DNA from: a virus
IMG/VR virus record: IMGVR_UViG_3300042878_001497
Span: 1-64,000 of that record
Length of the DNA stretch: 64,000 nt
Reading direction: 5' to 3' (one strand)
The notes beneath the pieces are model-generated. The model made no database searches and was not told where the DNA came from. It worked only from the letters and a program-made list of their open reading frames with translations. How positions within the stretch are numbered: the stretch's first letter is position 1; every line of letters starts with the position of its first letter. Below are positions 57,410-64,000 of the stretch, in pieces. Both the position numbers and the translations under genes were made by a program.

Positions 57410-58404
57410 TGAACAACTTAGATAAAGCATACCAGGCACTCCTACAGGACATCCTAGATAACGGAGTGAAAAAGGAAGACAGAACAGGTACTGGAACTAT
57501 CTCAGTATTTGGTCGTCAAATTAGACATAAAATGTCCGAAGGTTATCCTTTGCTTACTATCAAGAAAATGGCATTCAAGACTATGGTAACTGAGTTACTA
57601 TGGTTTTTGAAAGGAGATACCAATATCAAGTATTTGGTTGAGAATGGATGTAACATATGGACTGGGGATGCTTATAAGAATTATTCAAGTAAAGTTCAAC
57701 CATGGGAACCTCATTCAGATCTGAATCATTTCATTGAACGAATCAAAACTGATGATAAGTTTGCTAAGAAGTGGGGTGAATTAGGTCCAATTTACGGTAA
57801 GCAATGGAGAGCATTTGATGAAGAGGAATGGGGTGGTATAGACCAAATCCAAAACCTAATTAACGACCTCAAAACAAACCCAGACTCAAGACGATTAATG
57901 GTTACAGCTTGGAATCCATCCTATCAGCATCAAATGGTTCTTCCGCCTTGTCATTATGGATTTCAAGTCTATACTCGTGAATTACATTTGGATGAGCGAA
58001 TTGACATTTATAATGGTGATAGAATTCCCATGAATCAAAGTAGCGATTATTTTCACGAGCATATGGATGCTTACGGTATTCCTCGTAGAGCAATCTCTTT
58101 AATGTGGAATCAACGTTCAGTAGATACATTCTTAGGTTTACCTTTCAATATTGCCTCTTACGGACTATTGCTTGAAATGATTGCTAAAGAAGTAAACATG
58201 GTACCTGACGAATTGATTGGTAATTTAGGAGATGTTCATTTGTATTCAAATCACATTGAACAAGCAAAAGAACAAATCACTAGAAAGCCAATGACATTAC
58301 CTACAGTAGAGATAACAGAACTAAATTTGTTGGAAGGTAGTGTATCGGTAGAACTAAAAAATTATATTCACCACGACCCAATTAAAGCACCTTTATCAAA
58401 TTAA
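57409..58404 (+). CDS. thyA: Thymidylate synthase
   Basis: DRTGTGT; ELLWFL; PIYGKQWR; LPPCH; QRSVDTFLGLPFNIASY; HLYSNH. Confidence 0.97.
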   Translation: MNNLDKAYQALLQDILDNGVKKEDRTGTGTISVFGRQIRHKMSEGYPLLTIKKMAFKTMVTELLWFLKGDTNIKYLVENGCNIWTGDAYKNYSSKVQPWEPHSDLNHFIERIKTDDKFAKKWGELGPIYGKQWRAFDEEEWGGIDQIQNLINDLKTNPDSRRLMVTAWNPSYQHQMVLPPCHYGFQVYTRELHLDERIDIYNGDRIPMNQSSDYFHEHMDAYGIPRRAISLMWNQRSVDTFLGLPFNIASYGLLLEMIAKEVNMVPDELIGNLGDVHLYSNHIEQAKEQITRKPMTLPTVEITELNLLEGSVSVELKNYIHHDPIKAPLSN

Positions 58405-58406
58405 TT

Positions 58407-59000
58407 ATGAAAAAACTAATACTACTATTTTTATTTCCTATCTCGCTGTTTGGACAGCTCCGTGATAGTGTTTACTTTAATAACAACAATTTTATTGTTA
58501 ACTACTCCGAAACCCTAGAAGGACCTCGTTCGATACGTTATACAGTGCTTTGTCCGACCGGCACAGCTTCAAGATCGGGTATGGAGTTCTACAAGGAGAA
58601 AAAGATTCACACCTCAGATCACAAAGACTATGAAGCAAACGAATGGGATAAAGGGCACATGGCCCCCGCGGCATCTTTTAATTGCAATCGTGATATGCTA
58701 TACGGTACTTTCACCTATGTCAATTCTAGCCTTCAACAACAAAGTCTAAATAGAGGAGTTTGGAAAAAACTCGAAGTAAGAGAAAGAGAATTAGCTACAT
58801 CAGGACCAGTACGAGTTTTTATCCGAGTTGAATACCCTACTACTCCTGTTAGAGTTACAACCGGTGCTGCTATACCTTTAGGGTACTATAAGGAAATAAA
58901 AGTTGGAAATAAGAGAGAATGTTACTATTTTAAGAACGTAGCCCCGTCTACTTCGGACTTGGAGGCTTTTAAATGTACTTGCAAAAACGTTATCCAATGA
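58407..59000 (+). CDS. Secreted DNA/RNA non-specific endonuclease (NucA/EndA-like)
   Basis: Signal peptide; WDKGHMAPA; LNRGVWKKLE; IP..YYK. Confidence 0.85.
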   Translation: MKKLILLFLFPISLFGQLRDSVYFNNNNFIVNYSETLEGPRSIRYTVLCPTGTASRSGMEFYKEKKIHTSDHKDYEANEWDKGHMAPAASFNCNRDMLYGTFTYVNSSLQQQSLNRGVWKKLEVRERELATSGPVRVFIRVEYPTTPVRVTTGAAIPLGYYKEIKVGNKRECYYFKNVAPSTSDLEAFKCTCKNVIQ

Positions 59001-59905
59001 AAAAATTACTAATTCTACTAACCCTAGTATTAGGGTTTACCTCAAGTGCATCACACCTCCTAGGAGGCGGTATAGGAGTATTTCAAACCAGTAAAGATTC
59101 TACCTCTGTAGGAGTATGGCTGGTCTCGGATGCTCAAGGGTTTCCAATGCCAAACTCAATCAATGTTGAGAAGTGGGAGATGAACTCGGTAGGATGGTAC
59201 GTTCAAAACGGAGCTATCTCACTCTCTAAAACTACCTCTGCGACCTTCCAAGGACACATCCTTACCAACTATACTTCAGAGTACCTGGATCTAGATTCTA
59301 ATAAGTACCGGTTTATTTATAGGAACTGCTGCTGGGGCATGCTAAGTAATTCTACCAGTTCTATGAACTCAGAATTTATTATTTCAGCTGATTACTGGCA
59401 TATCGCACTTAACTCAACTCCGTACGTTAGACTGCCTTTTATTATTAACCAGCAGACAGGTACTCGCAATACAATGAAACCGATCTGGGGAACAAATGCA
59501 TTCTTAGTTAATCCTGATACCTGGGATAATACGTCCATTACGCAGACAGACCTGCATTCAGGTTATGCTAACGGAGTATTCGTACCTCAAATTCATACTG
59601 AGATTCCTATGTATGTAAGTAATGACAGCATTAGCTGGGTACCTGGTACTCTTGGCAGATACGCAACAGGGTTTGAAATTAAAGATATGCGAAATGGACA
59701 GGTCATTGGCATTCAACGAGCACAGTGGACTTTTCTGGTAGTTCCCTCTACTATAGGTATAGAAGAAAATATTAAAGATTCTCAGACACAGTACCTGGTA
59801 TATGATTGGTACGGCCGGATTGTAGGAGATAAGTCAGAAGGGTTGAAAGGACTTTACGTAGTAAGGTACAGTAACGGTGAAGTAGAAAAAGTACTGTGCA
59901 ACTAA
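58997..59905 (+). CDS. Secreted protein resembling Bacteroidota T9SS cargo
   Basis: Signal peptide, ASHLLGG, YRNCCW; C-terminal YDWYGR...GLYVVR...KV. Confidence 0.6.
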   Translation: MKKLLILLTLVLGFTSSASHLLGGGIGVFQTSKDSTSVGVWLVSDAQGFPMPNSINVEKWEMNSVGWYVQNGAISLSKTTSATFQGHILTNYTSEYLDLDSNKYRFIYRNCCWGMLSNSTSSMNSEFIISADYWHIALNSTPYVRLPFIINQQTGTRNTMKPIWGTNAFLVNPDTWDNTSITQTDLHSGYANGVFVPQIHTEIPMYVSNDSISWVPGTLGRYATGFEIKDMRNGQVIGIQRAQWTFLVVPSTIGIEENIKDSQTQYLVYDWYGRIVGDKSEGLKGLYVVRYSNGEVEKVLCN

Positions 59906-60303
59906 TCAACACCCACCCGATCAAGAAATCAGACCTAGGCTTCCACGGAAATCTCTTCGGTGGAAAGCTTATGGCCTGGATCGATGCGGCAGCAGCCTCT
60001 TATGCAATGGAGGTGTGTCACAATCGCAGAATGGTTACCGTCTGCATTGATAAGTGTGTGTTTAAGAAGCCTGCAAAGGAAGGGTCTCTGCTAAAGATAT
60101 ACGGGGATACCCTACATATCGGCACTACTAGCGTAACGCTTTACCTGGAAGGAAGAAGCTTTAACGTCTACACCCACGGTGAGGATGTAGTGCTGAGTAC
60201 CAACATTACCTTTGTCCGCATTGACGAAGAAGGAAGTGCTATTCCAATTTCAGATACAGTAAGAGAAAATTTAAAAAAGTATTTAGATGCAAAGTCTATT
60301 TGA
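59896..60303 (+). CDS. HotDog-fold acyl-CoA thioesterase
   Basis: HGNLFGGKLMAWID; MVTV; FKKP; TFVRID. Confidence 0.85.
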   Translation: MQLINTHPIKKSDLGFHGNLFGGKLMAWIDAAAASYAMEVCHNRRMVTVCIDKCVFKKPAKEGSLLKIYGDTLHIGTTSVTLYLEGRSFNVYTHGEDVVLSTNITFVRIDEEGSAIPISDTVRENLKKYLDAKSI

Positions 60304-60799
60304 TATTAAAGAGATCGAAATCCAGACTAAAATCCTTGCCAAGAAGATTTCAGCTGAACACCAAGGAGACAAAACTCCCGTTGTAATGGTAGGACTGTTG
60401 AACGGAGCATTTATGTTCTATGCAGACCTGGTACGCAATATGGGCATTGATGTGGAATGTGACTTCATGAGAGTTAAAAGCTACACAGCCCAGTTCAAGC
60501 AAGGAGATATTAAGATTATTAAAGATCTCGAGACTCCTATCAGAGGAAAGCACGTGTACCTGGTAGACGATATCTACGATACCGGCTCTACTATGAAAGC
60601 ATTAATTGAGTACCTAGAGGTAAAAAAGCCCGCCTCTATCTCAATTGTAACTCTACTCCGTAGAGAAACCTCTCCAATCCCGGATCAAGCCTTCTACAAG
60701 TACCATGCATTCACCATCAAGGATGAATGGGTAGTAGGATTTGGAATGGATGACGAAAAAGGTTATTCAAGAAATCTCAATGGAGTATTTGCTCTGTAA
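60287..60799 (+). CDS. hpt: Hypoxanthine-guanine phosphoribosyltransferase
   Basis: LLNGAFMFYADL; VDDIYDTGST; WVVGFGMD. Confidence 0.9.
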   Translation: MQSLFDIKEIEIQTKILAKKISAEHQGDKTPVVMVGLLNGAFMFYADLVRNMGIDVECDFMRVKSYTAQFKQGDIKIIKDLETPIRGKHVYLVDDIYDTGSTMKALIEYLEVKKPASISIVTLLRRETSPIPDQAFYKYHAFTIKDEWVVGFGMDDEKGYSRNLNGVFAL

Positions 60800-60817
60800 G
60801 AGAAGTTTTCGTATATT
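60789..60817 (+). promoter_or_regulatory. Host sigmaA-type promoter TTG-N20-TATATT upstream of riboswitch candidate 2
   Basis: Recurrent motif. Confidence 0.65.
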
Positions 60818-60822
60818 AAACA

Positions 60823-60856
60823 AAGGTGTTCGAAGCACCACCTTAAAAAAACAATT
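60823..60856 (+). ncRNA. preQ1 class I riboswitch-like aptamer (folE operon)
   Basis: P1 AAGGUG/CACCUU; loop UUCGAAGCAC; tail AAAAAAACAAUU; ATG at 60859. Confidence 0.72.
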
Positions 60857-60858
60857 AT

Positions 60859-61569
60859 ATGGCAGATAAAAAACGTTATGATGTAGAGTTAGCTCAAGCC
60901 GGCTTTGCCAACGGTATTTCCTCTCAACTGGCAGAGAAATTTAACATGCATAAGATGAACGATATCTCTCTTACCGAACAAGAGAAATACGTTATTATTG
61001 AAAGAGCAGCTAAAGCATTCGGTGAGTTTCTCGATGCATTAGGAGTTGATTGGAAGAACGATCCTAACTCTTCAGATACTCCACGTCGTGTAGCAAAAGC
61101 TTATGTAAACGATTTATGGTACGGCCGATTCAATCCTATGCCTGCTATCACAGCCTTCCCTTCAGATGGTTACGACGGCATTGTATTTGAAGGAAATATT
61201 CCTTTGACTTCGATGTGTTCACATCACCATCAGACCATTACCGGTCGAGTTCATATCGGCTACATCCCCTCTAAGGACGGAAAGGTAATCGGGCTTTCTA
61301 AACTGAATCGTATTGTAGAGCATTTCGGCCGTCGAGGAGCTATTCAGGAGCAGCTTACTGTTGCTATCCATAACGCAGTTGATACTGTGTGTGAAGGTAA
61401 CCTTGGAGTAGCTGTAATGATTGAGGCAGGTCATAACTGTGTATCATGCCGAGGCACCAAGCACGCCGGTGCATCAATGAAAACATCAAAGCTTTCAGGC
61501 AGCTTCCTTGAAGAAGATTCAGCCCGTGCAGAGTTTTATGAATTTGTAAAAGGATACGCATGCAAGTAA
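60859..61569 (+). CDS. folE: GTP cyclohydrolase I
   Basis: TPRRVAK; SMCSHH; GLSKLNR; IQEQLT; HNCVSCRG. Confidence 0.95.
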   Translation: MADKKRYDVELAQAGFANGISSQLAEKFNMHKMNDISLTEQEKYVIIERAAKAFGEFLDALGVDWKNDPNSSDTPRRVAKAYVNDLWYGRFNPMPAITAFPSDGYDGIVFEGNIPLTSMCSHHHQTITGRVHIGYIPSKDGKVIGLSKLNRIVEHFGRRGAIQEQLTVAIHNAVDTVCEGNLGVAVMIEAGHNCVSCRGTKHAGASMKTSKLSGSFLEEDSARAEFYEFVKGYACK

Positions 61570-62054
61570 AATTTGTTGACGAAGTAGAACTATTTAATTC
61601 TACCTTCGGTAAGCCGAATAACTACACCCCTATCATTCCTAATGATAAGAAGCTTACAGACTTTGTTGTTAACTTTATTAAAGAAGAAACCGATGAACTC
61701 GCCGAAGCAATCGAAAATAAAGACATCGTGGAAGTGTTGGATGCTATTTGTGATCTCCTGTATGTTGCCGTGGGCAATGCTACTATGGTCTTTGGCCTCA
61801 AAGATAAGTTAGAGGCAGCTTACGCTGAGGTACAGGCATCGAATATGTCTAAGAGCTGTGAGACCTACGATGAAGCAATGGAAACTATCGATGCTCATTA
61901 TAAAGACCATGGTACTTGTTACACTCGCCAGGTGGGAGATCGATGGGTTGTATACCGTGAATCGGACGATAAGGTAATGAAGTCAATCAATTACTTTGCT
62001 CCTAACCTAGAGCAATTTTTTACCGAAGAAGAAATTAAAAACTCCAAGCAATGA
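61560..62054 (+). CDS. MazG/PRA-PH-like NTP pyrophosphohydrolase
   Basis: EETDEL...EVLDAICDLLYV; EVQASNMSK; KVMKS. Confidence 0.8.
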   Translation: MQVKFVDEVELFNSTFGKPNNYTPIIPNDKKLTDFVVNFIKEETDELAEAIENKDIVEVLDAICDLLYVAVGNATMVFGLKDKLEAAYAEVQASNMSKSCETYDEAMETIDAHYKDHGTCYTRQVGDRWVVYRESDDKVMKSINYFAPNLEQFFTEEEIKNSKQ

Positions 62055-62239
62055 CACCCCAGCAGCTAATCGATCAAAATAAAACCTTCTCAGAAGAGTT
62101 GCAGCAATGGATTGTACCTCTTATCTTTGTAGACGAAGCTCTTCAGATGAAAACTGCCCAGGATGTAGATGCTAGTATGAAGAGACTTGAAGAAGTAATG
62201 CAAGACCTCAACACAGTAATTAGCAAGATAAATGATTAA
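62051..62239 (+). CDS. Small hypothetical protein
   Basis: Packed ORF. Confidence 0.55.
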   Translation: MTPQQLIDQNKTFSEELQQWIVPLIFVDEALQMKTAQDVDASMKRLEEVMQDLNTVISKIND

Positions 62240-63062
62240 AATTGCCCATGAGTCTCCAAAAGCTATTTTTAAAGAGATTCAAGAACTTACCGACTACGAC
62301 TACGCTCTAGTTCACCTCTTTGAAGAGGATCCTGAATACCTTCAGAAGTTTAAGGATGCTCTGGCAGCCGGCCGAGAAGTTATTCTAGATAATTCTATTT
62401 TTGAGTTAGAAGAAGCTTTTGATGCTAATCGTTTTGCTTACTGGATTAACGAACTTAAGCCAACCTGGTACATCGTTCCTGACTCGTTAGAGAATGTAGA
62501 GAAGACTATGTCTAATATGGCAGAATGGAATATACACTATGCTGATAAAGTTCCTGCAGAATGTAAGAAGATTGGAGTAGTACAGGGAAAGACTTACTCT
62601 CAGATAGTCAATTGCTACGAATACATGGTCAGTATAGCCGAAGTAGATATGGTGGCAATCTCTTTCGATTACAGTTATTTCCAAGAGAAATTCCCTCATC
62701 CTAACAAATACGTTAGCTGGATGCTAGGCCGGGTACAGTTGCTAGGTCGAATGCTTAAAGACGGAGTTATTAATCCTGACGTACCTCACCACCTTTTAGG
62801 TTGCGGACTACCTCAAGAGTTTCAATTCTACCGAGAGGCTAAGTACGATTGGATTTACTCCCTAGATACTTCCAATCCTGTGGTTCACGGACTGAAGGAG
62901 ATTTACTACAAAGACCAAGGACTGTGGAATAAAGAATCTCAGAAGCTCTTTACCATGATTAACTCCGAAGTTACGGAGAAGCAAATGGAGGTCATTCGTC
63001 ATAATGTTTCACGCTTTAGATGGTTTGCAAATGGAAACGCGCCCGTGGGTAACATTCTTTAG
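62232..63062 (+). CDS. dpdA: TGT-fold guanine transglycosylase (DpdA-like, probably DpdA3 type)
   Basis: ILDNS; IVPD; GVVQG; HHLLG; SLDTSNP correspond to TGT/DpdA catalytic motifs; clustered with folE. Confidence 0.7.
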   Translation: MIKIAHESPKAIFKEIQELTDYDYALVHLFEEDPEYLQKFKDALAAGREVILDNSIFELEEAFDANRFAYWINELKPTWYIVPDSLENVEKTMSNMAEWNIHYADKVPAECKKIGVVQGKTYSQIVNCYEYMVSIAEVDMVAISFDYSYFQEKFPHPNKYVSWMLGRVQLLGRMLKDGVINPDVPHHLLGCGLPQEFQFYREAKYDWIYSLDTSNPVVHGLKEIYYKDQGLWNKESQKLFTMINSEVTEKQMEVIRHNVSRFRWFANGNAPVGNIL

Positions 63063-63567
63063 TCAGACAGGTTCTGAGATCGTTCAGATCTCGGAAGCTC
63101 TAGGGCGGTGGCCGGATATGATTATTAGTAATCGCCGACCGACTGATGCTAGAATTATTAGTCCTGCTCTTCCTAAAGATCGTCTGTACTTTACCTCCAA
63201 TAAGCCAGAAGCTTACGAATACTTACATTATCTCCGTCAGGCAAAAGATCCGATTGTAACTCTACACGGATGGCTTAGAGTACTTCCTGAAGAGGTTTGT
63301 GACAGTTACGAAGTTTACAACGGTCATCCAGGTTTGATTACCCGCTACCCTGAACTGAAGGGTAAAGATCCTCAGATGCGAGCTTTTGAAGGAGATTATA
63401 ATACTGGTGGTTGCGTGATTCATAAAGTAACTCCCGGAGTAGACGAAGGAGAGATTCTAATGGAAAAAGAAATTAGCATTAGACTGTTGGATCTTGACGG
63501 ACTATTCCGTACATTACATAAGACTTCAGTCAATATGTGGATTGAATTCCTTAAAGAACGTCTATGA
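63031..63567 (+). CDS. PurN-like formyltransferase (candidate preQ1 formyltransferase)
   Basis: FFSQTGS; LHGWLRVL; NGHPG; GCVIHKVTPGVDEGEI. Confidence 0.8.
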   Translation: METRPWVTFFSQTGSEIVQISEALGRWPDMIISNRRPTDARIISPALPKDRLYFTSNKPEAYEYLHYLRQAKDPIVTLHGWLRVLPEEVCDSYEVYNGHPGLITRYPELKGKDPQMRAFEGDYNTGGCVIHKVTPGVDEGEILMEKEISIRLLDLDGLFRTLHKTSVNMWIEFLKERL

Positions 63568-64000
63568 TTAAAAGAGTTGCATTAGTAGGAGCTAGTAGTA
63601 CCGGTAAGACGACTGTGTATGAGCTTCTTAAGAATCAGTTCCCGAAGTGGGAGTTTGTAAATGAGAGTACTCGTTCGGTAGCTCGTTACGGCTTTCCTAT
63701 CAATGAACTAGGTACTACAGAAACTCAGTTAGCTATCTCAAGCTTTCATTTAGAGGCATTGCTTAAACCTTATAATCTTATTCTGGATCGTTGTTACTTA
63801 GATCTAATAGTTTACTCTCGTCATATGCCGGGACTATCTCAATCAGGCTTAGATTTTATCGAAGCTACCTGGCAGCGAGTTCAAGACGAATATACTCATT
63901 ATATCTACTTTCCTATCGAATTCGATGCAGTCGATGACGGAGAAAGAAGTGTTGATGAAGATTGGAGAAAAATTATCGACGAAGAGTTCAAGTATCAATT
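63564..64000 (+). CDS. P-loop nucleotide-kinase-like protein (AAA_28/NadR-like), truncated by window end
   Basis: MIKRVALVGASSTGKTT; ESTR; ILDRCYLD; DDGER. Confidence 0.75.
   Translation, partial: MIKRVALVGASSTGKTTVYELLKNQFPKWEFVNESTRSVARYGFPINELGTTETQLAISSFHLEALLKPYNLILDRCYLDLIVYSRHMPGLSQSGLDFIEATWQRVQDEYTHYIYFPIEFDAVDDGERSVDEDWRKIIDEEFKYQ

Noticed and set aside
62232-63062. Ordinary tRNA-guanine transglycosylase for queuosine
   Set aside because: Short, lacks the C-terminal zinc-binding region of bacterial TGT, and context favours DNA/nucleotide modification; not formally excluded.
63031-63567. PurN for de novo purine synthesis
   Set aside because: No other pur genes in the window and it overlaps the DpdA-like gene, so base formylation is more plausible.
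1-64000. tRNA genes, integrase, transposase or stop-codon reassignment
   Set aside because: None recognised by eye; genes are full length under the standard code with TAA, TAG and TGA all used as stops. tRNAscan was not run.

Overview
A 64-kb segment of a large contractile-tailed (myovirus-type) phage, almost entirely on the + strand. The host is most likely a Bacteroidota/Flavobacteriia species, judged from TTG-N20-TAnnTT promoters, SD-less A-rich leaders and a T9SS-cargo-like gene. 1-18.4 kb: collagen-like and beta-roll fibre genes with S74 chaperones, a sulfotransferase/glycosyltransferase/methyltransferase cluster and an array of LamG lectin proteins. 18.5-29.2 kb: sheath, tube, chaperone with a probable frameshift, tape measure and baseplate. 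29.2-38.7 kb: a small atypical family-A polymerase, SSB, UvsX, 5' exonuclease, helicase and NrdB/NrdA. 38.7-45 kb: small accessory genes. 45-64 kb: a 7-deazaguanine DNA-modification pathway (queC, queD, queE, folE, dpdA-like, formyltransferase, MazG-like, kinase-like), interleaved with a second collagen fibre, a sugar-modification cluster, thyA, hpt and secreted proteins. Most striking observation: two near-identical preQ1-I riboswitch-like aptamers make up essentially the whole leader between a host-type promoter and the start codons of the queD-queE operon and of folE, and a third pseudoknot precedes queC. This suggests riboswitch feedback control of a phage DNA-hypermodification pathway. 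All calls come from motif reading only; no searches were run.
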